Shown: piece after piece, positions 17,902-24,688 of the stretch
How the letters are laid out: the number at the start of each line of letters is the position of its first letter
Position numbering within the stretch: position 1 is the first letter of the stretch
Virus record (IMG/VR): IMGVR_UViG_3300020281_000123
Location: 1-24,688 of that record
Length of the DNA: 24,688 nucleotides
Source of the DNA: a virus
Lineage: Duplodnaviria; Caudoviricetes
Direction: 5' to 3' (one strand)
Notes under the pieces: model-generated
The model's input: the letters and a program-made list of their open reading frames with translations, nothing else
Database searches by the model: none
What the model was told of the DNA's origin: nothing
Program-made: the position numbers and the translations under genes

Positions 17902-18189
17902 ATGTTCGGCAAAAGGAAAACTTCAAAATTCAAATCACACATAGAAGCAACAGTTCGTATCAGTGTTGATCATGACACTGAGATGACTGAAGAACAGATA
18001 CTAGATGAATTTGATCAAAATGTATCTGAGGACTTTGCTTCTGTTATGAGTTCGGAATCAAGAATACTACAACCAACATCAGTCACAGTGATGAAAGAAA
18101 AAGTTATTAAGAGTAATGGAATGTTGCCCACAATAAGTTTTTCTGCGGATGCAACTGTGGATTCAATAAAAAATAATCTAAAAAATTAA
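17902..18189 (+). CDS. Hypothetical protein
   Basis: 95 aa with its own promoter. Confidence 0.65.
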   Translation: MFGKRKTSKFKSHIEATVRISVDHDTEMTEEQILDEFDQNVSEDFASVMSSESRILQPTSVTVMKEKVIKSNGMLPTISFSADATVDSIKNNLKN

Positions 18190-18497
18190 GCGTCTAACTG
18201 ACCACTGAACTCAAGACCTTGCAGTTCTTCTGGTTTACCTTTTGGATAAGATGGTTCTATTTGAAACTCTTCGCCAGTCTCATCATTCTTACAACCAGCC
18301 ATCAGCCAATCGTATTTGAAGTTCATGTCGTTCACAAACTCCCACAACACATCGTAGGTATCTCTGACTGGATCCTTCTTTAGTAATTCTGCCTTGCACT
18401 CTGCCATGGTATCGAATGTCTGTTCCATTTGAAATGTTCTTTGGGTATCAACAGGTGACTGTCCTATGAGATAGGCTAGTATTAAAATCTTATACAT
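18186..18497 (-). CDS. Hypothetical protein
   Basis: 103 aa, TAATG-coupled to the upstream lipoprotein gene. Confidence 0.7.
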   Translation of the reverse strand: MYKILILAYLIGQSPVDTQRTFQMEQTFDTMAECKAELLKKDPVRDTYDVLWEFVNDMNFKYDWLMAGCKNDETGEEFQIEPSYPKGKPEELQGLEFSGQLDA

Positions 18498-18781
18498 TAC
18501 TCTTTATTTAAGTCTTCGTCTATCTGATCGAACTCTCTAGTGAACTCTTCGTCTGCTTCTTCTTTGGTCTGATTTGAATTTTGTTCCTGTGCTTTCTTCA
18601 TATCTTCACAGGCAGTTGGTGAGAACATACAACCTAGTATCTTGGATAGTGAACCATCGTAGACACTGATGTTTGGCATATTTGCTTTTTCTTTTGATTT
18701 ATTTGCACAACCTGACAGTCCTGCTACCAAAAGGATAACAAATAAAATAACTATGATCCATCTTTCGGTATTCTTATCCAT
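18497..18781 (-). CDS. Lipoprotein
   Basis: MDKNTERW, hydrophobic stretch, lipobox LSGC. ATG 18781 lies 5 nt after the -10 box. Confidence 0.75.
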   Translation of the reverse strand: MDKNTERWIIVILFVILLVAGLSGCANKSKEKANMPNISVYDGSLSKILGCMFSPTACEDMKKAQEQNSNQTKEEADEEFTREFDQIDEDLNKE

Positions 18782-18786
18782 ATCAC

Positions 18787-18854
18787 ATTTTAACACATAT
18801 AAGTTGTAAAGTCAATTATTTATGGTTGACTTTTGGTTTGGAATAATGTATATT
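18787..18854. promoter_or_regulatory. Back-to-back divergent sigma70-type promoters
   Basis: Minus strand: TTGACT(18815-18810)-17-TAAAAT. Plus strand: TTGACT(18826-18831)-17-TATATT. Confidence 0.6.
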
Positions 18855-18867
18855 GTTAAATACTTTC

Positions 18868-19026
18868 ATGAAATTAATTGCTATGTTGGTATTTCTATTT
18901 GTTGTGTCTTGTGCGAATAAGCCGAACGCAACATTCGTTTTAGAGATACCTCACACTTATGAAGAAGAAAAACGTGTTCACGACAAGTATCCTGTTGAAC
19001 CCGTTGAAATAAAACCTTTAGATTGA
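18868..19026 (+). CDS. Small lipoprotein (52 aa)
   Basis: Hand translation MKLIAMLVFLFVVSCANKPNATFVLEIPHTYEEEKRVHDKYPVEPVEIKPLD*; lipobox VVSC. Confidence 0.7.
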   Translation: MKLIAMLVFLFVVSCANKPNATFVLEIPHTYEEEKRVHDKYPVEPVEIKPLD

Positions 19027-19027
19027 T

Positions 19028-19225
19028 ATGGATAATTGGAAAAAATTTTATTATGATTCATTACATTTTATAATAATTGTAATGATATTGATAGGTTTTG
19101 CGTTCTTCTTTGTTGGAATGATTGCAACGACGCTAGTTCTAGAACTCCTGAATAGGATCTATGTACACCTTGGAGTTCGAAAATTTGTACATTGGGTTAA
19201 ACCCCATTTAAGATTGCCGAACTAG
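19028..19225 (+). CDS. Small membrane protein
   Basis: Long hydrophobic stretch; abuts the upstream gene. Confidence 0.6.
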   Translation: MDNWKKFYYDSLHFIIIVMILIGFAFFFVGMIATTLVLELLNRIYVHLGVRKFVHWVKPHLRLPN

Positions 19226-19291
19226 GCACTGCAATAGTTTCCACATAGTGGGCAGGCGGGAGAAGTTGTGCCCGTCTGCGAAATGAATTAC

Positions 19292-19367
19292 GCCGCTTTA
19301 GCTCAGCCGGTAGAGCAACTGATTTGTAATCAGTAGGTCCGCGGTTCGAATCCGTGAAGCGGCACCA
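19292..19367 (+). tRNA. tRNA-Thr(UGU)
   Basis: GCCGCTT/AAGCGGC acceptor stem, ACTGA-TTTGTAA-TCAGT anticodon arm, GTTCGAATC T-loop, encoded CCA; 76 nt. Confidence 0.97.
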
Positions 19368-19736
19368 TTAAGCCAACAGCACGATTGCAAGATAAGTTAG
19401 GAAGTGTAAGTTCTGATCAACGGTTGTTGCAACCCAATACATTTTACCGTCCTGAGTCCAATTATATTTTTTTACAAGACTGCTTTTTGTATGATCGATT
19501 ATGTGATGTATCACCATGTCCATCAATGCCAAGCCTATTGTGATACTCAACGGCAAAGAAAAGAACGTTAGGACTATGAATGTTCCTGCTCCATGATGTC
19601 CCGAATGCAACAGGGCCTTCTTTGACATTATTAAATGTTTATTGCTGGGTCTACAATAGATAGCCTGTAGTGCCAAATCACAAACACCGTGCTTGATTGC
19701 TAACCAGAAGAGTAGTAATAATTGTTCTGACATCAT
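19368..19736 (-). CDS. DUF3307-like membrane protein
   Basis: KHGVCDLALQ...LLHSGHHG...HHIIDHTK...DQNLH His/Asp pattern within TM helices. Confidence 0.75.
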   Translation of the reverse strand: MMSEQLLLLFWLAIKHGVCDLALQAIYCRPSNKHLIMSKKALLHSGHHGAGTFIVLTFFSLPLSITIGLALMDMVIHHIIDHTKSSLVKKYNWTQDGKMYWVATTVDQNLHFLTYLAIVLLA

Positions 19737-19739
19737 TTC

Positions 19740-20192
19740 CTATTTAAGTATGCCTGCTCGAATTAATTTTTGTTTATTCTTCATGTGCTGTGCTTCGACT
19801 AGGTTTTTGTTCTGTCCGTAGTATTGAACAGCATAACCTTCGTTACACATTTTAAGATTAAGATTAACACCGTCAGCAAACACTTCACCCAGTATTCTTC
19901 CGAACTTACCTGTCTCGGATCCTTTGTGTGTCTTGATTGTTAGTTTCTTTGCAAGTTTAATCTTATCTTTGAGGAATGCTTTGGATATCAATCCACGTTT
20001 CTTTTCTTCTTTGTTACGTGTTCTTGATTCAGGTGTGTCAATACCGAACAGTCTTACTCTACTCTTATGGAGTATATCGAAACCTAAATCCAATATGACA
20101 TCGATAGTGTCACCGTCAATTATCTTTGTGACTTTGTTTATTCTATAACTGAAGTCTGTTGGATCACCCAACGTTGGTCCGCGTCTTGGCAT
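19740..20192 (-). CDS. Thermonuclease (SNase-like) family protein
   Basis: KIIDGDTIDV...RVRLFGIDTPESRT...GKFGRILG...GYAVQY. Start MPRRG at 20192 (TAATG coupling) preferred. Confidence 0.9.
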   Translation of the reverse strand: MPRRGPTLGDPTDFSYRINKVTKIIDGDTIDVILDLGFDILHKSRVRLFGIDTPESRTRNKEEKKRGLISKAFLKDKIKLAKKLTIKTHKGSETGKFGRILGEVFADGVNLNLKMCNEGYAVQYYGQNKNLVEAQHMKNKQKLIRAGILK

Positions 20193-20353
20193 TACACTAT
20201 GCCATTCCAAGGCTCATCGTATGGACTTTTCTTTTTCTTCTTCTTTTTCTTTTTAGCCTTTTTCTTCTTCTTAGGTTTTACTTCCCAAGCAGGATCAAGA
20301 ACAAGAACTGAATCCACTGACTTCTGCAAATATTTTCTAATCCATTTAAACAT
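20192..20353 (-). CDS. Small poly-lysine protein
   Basis: MFKWIRKY...KPKKKKKAKKKKKKKKKSPYDEPW; TAAATA at 20362-20367. Confidence 0.6.
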   Translation of the reverse strand: MFKWIRKYLQKSVDSVLVLDPAWEVKPKKKKKAKKKKKKKKKSPYDEPWNGIV

Positions 20354-20373
20354 AATAATAGTATTTATTGTTA

Positions 20374-20676
20374 TTATCCACCGCAAATGACTTTTGCTGA
20401 TCCCGAAGTCATTGCACCAGCATCAGCACTATCGCCCACTCTGGCAACAGGAGAGTTCACAACAATTACTTTGGAACTGCCTGCATTAACATTCGCAACG
20501 TGATCAGGGCAAGGTGGATTGGGTGGATTAGGATGTGCAACCGTTGGGTCTCCAACTCTTGCTACCAGTTGATTTTCTACATACACTTTAGATTGTCCTG
20601 GTGCGGCAAGAACAGTTGAGCCTACGCAACCATGTCCTGTCGATAATGAATCACCTTGTCTACTTGTCTCTGGCAT
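20374..20676 (-). CDS. PAAR-domain spike tip protein (T4 gp5.4-like)
   Basis: MPETSRQGD..GHGC...VARVGD...H...H...GSSKV...PVARVGD...MTSGSAKVICG. Start is 20676 because the track's extension runs through tRNA-Cys; TAAATA at 20682-20687. Confidence 0.9.
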   Translation of the reverse strand: MPETSRQGDSLSTGHGCVGSTVLAAPGQSKVYVENQLVARVGDPTVAHPNPPNPPCPDHVANVNAGSSKVIVVNSPVARVGDSADAGAMTSGSAKVICGG

Positions 20677-20689
20677 GATAATATTTATG

Positions 20690-20763
20690 TGGAGGTAATG
20701 CCTGGAATCGAACCAGGATAAAAGGATTTGCAATCCTCCGCGTAACCATTCCGCCACATTACC
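20690..20763 (-). tRNA. tRNA-Cys(GCA)
   Basis: GGTAATG/CATTACC acceptor stem, U discriminator, GAGGA-TTGCAAA-TCCTT anticodon arm, encoded CCA; 74 nt. Confidence 0.96.
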
Positions 20764-20766
20764 TTA

Positions 20767-20842
20767 TGGCGGTCCTTACGGGAATCGAACCCGTGATCTT
20801 CCGCGTGACAGGCGGACGTGTTAACCGCTACACCAAAGGACC
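20767..20842 (-). tRNA. tRNA-Asp(GUC)
   Basis: GGTCCTT/AAGGACC acceptor stem, TCCGC-CTGTCAC-GCGGA anticodon arm, encoded CCA; 76 nt. Confidence 0.97.
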
Positions 20843-20843
20843 T

Positions 20844-20917
20844 TGGCTGGCCCTCAAGGACTCGAACCTCAAATAACGGTACCAAAAACCGCTGTGATAC
20901 CATTTCACCAAGGGCCA
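20844..20917 (-). tRNA. tRNA-Gln(UUG)
   Basis: TGGCCCT/AGGGCCA acceptor stem, GCGGT-TTTTGGT-ACCGT anticodon arm, encoded CCA; 74 nt. Confidence 0.95.
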
Positions 20918-20922
20918 ACATT

Positions 20923-21078
20923 TTCAGTCCGTAAGCAGGATTCTGTTCTATGACATCATTTATCTTTGCGTCTATACCCGGAGTCATGGTTGAGCATAAA
21001 GACTCTCTATTTGGACTCGCACTCTCAACAGTGTCCTGACTTTCCTCAAACATTTCTGTTCGCGATGTCTCGACTGAA
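20923..21078 (-). ncRNA. rnpB: Minimal RNase P RNA (catalytic domain only)
   Basis: Conserved GAGGAAAGUC and ACAGAAUCCUGCUUA motifs. P1, P2, P3, P4 (bulged U), P5, P6, P15, P16 and P17 can all be paired by hand; the S-domain and P18 are absent. Confidence 0.9.
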
Positions 21079-21083
21079 TCCTT

Positions 21084-21112
21084 ATTATACAACACAAAAT
21101 AAACTTTGTCAA
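21084..21112 (-). promoter_or_regulatory. Consensus sigma70 promoter for the RNase P RNA-tRNA operon
   Basis: TTGACA(21112-21107)-17 nt-TATAAT(21089-21084); predicted start ~21078 coincides with the 5' strand of P1. Confidence 0.85.
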
Positions 21113-21185
21113 TTATGTATACACTTAATATTATGTGGTAGTTTTATTAAATATTAGAAGCAATTAGCGGGGGCAAGTGCGACAC

Positions 21186-24100
21186 ATGAATACTCTGAAC
21201 ACGAGTGGAAAAACTTCAATCACAATAGATGGATCTGTATTATTACGTGGTGACTATTCAGTCATCGACAAGGATCTAATCATTTCTACTGACTCAGACA
21301 CGGTATTGGTGAAAGATTATTTTGTCAATTTGCCAACTCTTGTATCGCCTCAAGGCGCATCACTTACCCCCAAACTTGTGTCCTCGCTATCTGCCTATCA
21401 ATCAAACGAATTTTTAGCATTTCAAGATCCAAAAGCAATTGGTGAAATCACAGTCACCGATGGTCCTATTGTTATCACAAGGGTGGGTCAGAAGATTGAA
21501 CTGCAACAGGGAGACTTCATCTATCTAAATGACTTTGTGGATGTAGGTCAGAACACAGTTGGTATAACTTTCAAAGACGACACAGCACTATCATTAGAGC
21601 CAGGAGCCAAGATGGTTGTGGACGAATTCTATTATGATCCAGAAGCCAATCAAGGTGGAATGAATGCAGATGTAATTGGAGGATCTTTTTCTTTCGTATC
21701 AGGAAACATTGCCAAGGTAGGCAATGACGCAATGACTGTAAGCACACCTGTCTTAACGATTGGTGTAAGAGGAACACAGGTTGCGGGTAGAGCCAATCAG
21801 GAAGGCGAGGACAACGAAATAGTTTTATTACCTAACGCAGATGGCACTGTGGGAGAGATCAGTATTAAAAATGATAGCGGCGAAGTTATATTGACAGAGG
21901 CTTACCAAGCCACAACAATCACTAGTGCAATCATGCCACCAACTGTGCCTGTGATATTACCAAAAGAAATTGTGCTTAAGAAGTATGCCAAGACTATTTC
22001 CACAACACGTAAGACAGAAAAGATAAAAGAAGTTGAAAGGGAAACTGAAGAAGCGACTAAAGAAAAAGAAGAAGCAGAATCAGAAAAGGAACAACTTGAA
22101 GAGGAAGCAGAAGAACTTGAGGAAGAAGCGGAACAACTTGAGGAAGAAAAAGAACAACTAGAAGAAGAGGCTGAACAACTCGAAGAAGAGAAGGAACAAC
22201 TTGAAGAGAAAGCCGAGGAGTTAAAAGAAGAAATTGCTGAACTAGAAGAGAAATTAGAAAACGCAGATGCTGATGAGATAGAAGAGATCCAAGAAGAACT
22301 TGCTGAAGCAGAACAAGAGATCGAAGAAGTTGAAGAACAAGTTGAGGAAGTGCTTGAAGAAGAAAAGGTCATCGAACAGAAAGTAGAACAGGTTGAAGAA
22401 AAGGTTGAAGAAGTAAAACAGGAAGTACAACAGATAGAACAAAAAGTTGAATTCGTTGAAGAGAAAATTGTACAGGTTGAAGAAAAGTTTGATGCCATTG
22501 TGGAAGAATTTGAAGTGTTCCAAGAAGAATTTGTGCAGGAGTTCCAGGACTTCATACCAGAAGAAGAAATTGAACAGTTCATGGAAGAGGCACCACTCGA
22601 GATCATAGAAGAGTTCCAGGAAAAGATAATAGAGAAACTGGAGAACGATGGTGTTGAACTGCAAGAAAATATCGAAGAGGAACCTGAAGATATATTTGCA
22701 GAAGAGAACGTTAAAGAGAAATTGGAAGAGATCGAAGAGAAACAGGAAGAACTTATCGAGAAGGCTGACGAACTGATGGAGAAGGATATGCAACTCCAGG
22801 AAGAGGCACAGGCACTTGAAGAGGAAGCCAAAGCACTTGAAGAAGAGGCACAGGCACTTGAAGAAGCGGCAGAGGAAGCATATGCCAACAATGACCAAGA
22901 AGCGATCCAAGAAATCGAAGAGCAGTTCCAACAACTTGATGAAGAGAGACAACAGATTGATCAAGGTTTCCAAGAGATCGACGAGCAATACGAAGAACTG
23001 GATGAAAACTTTGAAGAACTGAACAACGAATTCTTTGCCATGGATGAAGAATTACAGGAAGTATTTCAAGATGGTCCTATGGTTGTGCGGGTACCGGAAG
23101 ATGGTCCAGGATACAATGAAAACGATGATGTGTTCAATGTCCCTGAGGATCAACAGATCAATATAAATGTGGAAGAGTTTTTAGCAGAAGAGAAACAGAA
23201 CGCACTACAAAACAATGAATTTGCAATCGAAGCCGACAATTTCTTTAACGATCAAGAAGTACAAGAGGCACTACCAGATGATATAGATCAGAATGTTCAA
23301 GACATGATGGTCATTCAGGCTGGCAATCTAGACGAATATTTTCTGGGTGCAGGAGCAGGCATAGAAACTCCAGAAGACTTCTATGCAGAAGATCCAATGC
23401 AAGACTTCTACAACATCGTGGACAACAACGAAGAATTGTACAATGCAGAAAGAGATGCCCAAGACTTCATGGACGATCTCATAGAAGATTTAGCCGCGGA
23501 GAACAACATCAACGTTGCTCCATGGTTGGATATGCCAAACGATGTCACAGTGACAGAGTCAAATGCCAAAACATCAGGAGTCGTGGTTGGTTATGTGTAC
23601 GGTTCTGATGCCAACGGAGACACATTAACCTACAGCATCTTTGATGATCCAACAGGTGCTTTATCACTGAGCGGCAACACAATCACTTGGGACGGTACAT
23701 TTGCCAATATCACTCAGGACACAACCTACACAGTCTTATTAAAAGTGCAGGATCCTTACGGTGCTTCGGACATAGACAGTTTCAATATAACCGTGACTGC
23801 TGATGGATTTGTCACATACACCAAAGCCACTGTTGGTGTTCACTATCAAGATGATGGCACAAATCAAAGTGGTGGTGAACAGGTAGCGCCAGTAATGGCT
23901 GAATTTGTGGAAGACATAGGACACACAGCGTCAATAATGAACAGTTTCACTTCCAGCAACCTCGATGACCTTGACCTACTTTGGGTCACAGAAAGTTATC
24001 ATAGTGGAAACCCTTTTGCGAGTGCCATGGCATCGGGTGGAGCAATCAACACCTGGGTCAATAACGGTGGAACATTGATATTCCATGATAGGTCGTATGC

Positions 24101-24688
24101 AACTAATGAAGTTCTGCCCAACACAGGTGGAGCCAACTTTAGTAATTCTGGTCCACAAGATTCTGATGATGTCACCTTTGCCAGTGGCACCAGTCTATTG
24201 ACCAATGGGCCTGCTGGTGTGATGTACAACACCATTACAGAGGCAATCAACAACAGTGGCTACACACTTGATGGTGGAAGTCTCAGCACACATGGTAGAA
24301 CACTAATCTCATCACTGCCATCCGATGCTGTGGCCACAATCTTCGACGATGATCAGAACACTGACTATGCCACAGACTTCTGGTATGGCTACGGTTCGGG
24401 TCACGTGTACTACTCACACATACCACTGGATTGTTACATAGGTGGTAACTGTGACCCTGACAACAGCAACGACAACAGGCCCCAATCCCAATACAGAAGT
24501 ATATGGGACGAAGGTTCTGACGTGTATGCCCAGAACTTGCTTCATTATATGTTGAACCAAGTCAAGTACACATCAACGGATCAACACAAATATCAGGGCA
24601 CTGGAGCCGCTGAGGCAATCGCAGGTACGCACAACTCGGACATCATATTCGGTAGAGATGGTGGTGACACTCTTTGGGGTGGCGGTGG
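21186..24688 (+). CDS. Giant acidic protein with FecR-like domain, Glu-rich coiled coil, cadherin-like domain and RTX-like repeats (runs off the window end)
   Basis: Frame from ATG 21186 is open to the window end (>1160 aa). FecR-like FKDDTALSL...FYYDP...FSFVSGNIAK...TPVLTIGVRGT; cadherin-like NVAP...GSDANGDTLTYSI...VQDPYGA; DIIFGRDGGDTLWGGG at the end; TAAATA at 21148-21153. Confidence 0.85.
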   Translation, partial: MNTLNTSGKTSITIDGSVLLRGDYSVIDKDLIISTDSDTVLVKDYFVNLPTLVSPQGASLTPKLVSSLSAYQSNEFLAFQDPKAIGEITVTDGPIVITRVGQKIELQQGDFIYLNDFVDVGQNTVGITFKDDTALSLEPGAKMVVDEFYYDPEANQGGMNADVIGGSFSFVSGNIAKVGNDAMTVSTPVLTIGVRGTQVAGRANQEGEDNEIVLLPNADGTVGEISIKNDSGEVILTEAYQATTITSAIMPPTVPVILPKEIVLKKYAKTISTTRKTEKIKEVERETEEATKEKEEAESEKEQLEEEAEELEEEAEQLEEEKEQLEEEAEQLEEEKEQLEEKAEELKEEIAELEEKLENADADEIEEIQEELAEAEQEIEEVEEQVEEVLEEEKVIEQKVEQVEEKVEEVKQEVQQIEQKVEFVEEKIVQVEEKFDAIVEEFEVFQEEFVQEFQDFIPEEEIEQFMEEAPLEIIEEFQEKIIEKLENDGVELQENIEEEPEDIFAEENVKEKLEEIEEKQEELIEKADELMEKDMQLQEEAQALEEEAKALEEEAQALEEAAEEAYANNDQEAIQEIEEQFQQLDEERQQIDQGFQEIDEQYEELDENFEELNNEFFAMDEELQEVFQDGPMVVRVPEDGPGYNENDDVFNVPEDQQININVEEFLAEEKQNALQNNEFAIEADNFFNDQEVQEALPDDIDQNVQDMMVIQAGNLDEYFLGAGAGIETPEDFYAEDPMQDFYNIVDNNEELYNAERDAQDFMDDLIEDLAAENNINVAPWLDMPNDVTVTESNAKTSGVVVGYVYGSDANGDTLTYSIFDDPTGALSLSGNTITWDGTFANITQDTTYTVLLKVQDPYGASDIDSFNITVTADGFVTYTKATVGVHYQDDGTNQSGGEQVAPVMAEFVEDIGHTASIMNSFTSSNLDDLDLLWVTESYHSGNPFASAMASGGAINTWVNNGGTLIFHDRSYATNEVLPNTGGANFSNSGPQDSDDVTFASGTSLLTNGPAGVMYNTITEAINNSGYTLDGGSLSTHGRTLISSLPSDAVATIFDDDQNTDYATDFWYGYGSGHVYYSHIPLDCYIGGNCDPDNSNDNRPQSQYRSIWDEGSDVYAQNLLHYMLNQVKYTSTDQHKYQGTGAAEAIAGTHNSDIIFGRDGGDTLWGGG
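22089..22214 (+). repeat. Six degenerate 21-nt tandem repeats encoding E[QE]LEE[EK][AK] heptads
   Basis: gaacaacttgaagaggaagca-like units, in frame within the giant ORF. Confidence 0.8.
22800..22871 (+). repeat. About three 21-nt repeats encoding EEEA[QK]AL heptads
   Basis: gaagaggcacaggcacttgaa units. Confidence 0.75.

Noticed and set aside
20685-21157. Track ORFs 20685..21095 (-) and 20966..21157 (+)
   Set aside because: They overlap three tRNAs and/or the RNase P RNA and its promoter, so they are chance open frames.
22089-22871. 21-nt repeats considered as a CRISPR array
   Set aside because: There are no spacers; the units are in-frame, degenerate and encode heptads.
21571-24253. Ser-rich and Leu/Phe-rich minus-strand ORFs and the short plus-strand ORF 22816..23022
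   Set aside because: They are antisense or off-frame shadows of the Glu-rich giant plus-strand gene.
1-24688. Cellular chromosome origin suggested by dnaK, hemA, tRNAs and rnpB
   Set aside because: The PAAR/gp5.4-like gene, T4-style late promoters, many tiny coupled ORFs and housekeeping genes outside their usual operons favour a large phage. No capsid or terminase gene is in the window, so this remains an inference.
1-24688. Alternative genetic code or suppressor tRNA
   Set aside because: Known genes translate full-length in the standard code and all four anticodons are sense.

Overview
This AT-rich window looks like part of a large T4-like/jumbo dsDNA phage genome, probably of a marine alphaproteobacterium (the DnaK, ALA synthase and one promoter are alphaproteobacterial in style). 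Positions 1-7.4 kb are a minus-strand block of late, probably virion-associated genes with TAAATA promoters and a shared N-terminal motif; it includes a Pol-beta-type nucleotidyltransferase next to an RNA-ligase-like protein. Positions 7.6-20.7 kb hold accessory and host-derived genes (2OG-Fe(II) oxygenase, DUF59/SufT-like, YbaN, hemA, YqgE/AlgH, speD, dnaK, lipoproteins, DUF3307, thermonuclease, PAAR) and tRNA-Thr. The standout is a sigma70-driven RNA operon at 20.7-21.1 kb (minus strand): a ~156-nt RNase P RNA reduced to its catalytic domain, with no specificity domain and no P18, followed directly by tRNA-Gln, -Asp and -Cys. The window ends in a >1160-aa FecR-like/acidic coiled-coil/cadherin/RTX protein. 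All calls come from reading the sequence by eye; no database searches were run.
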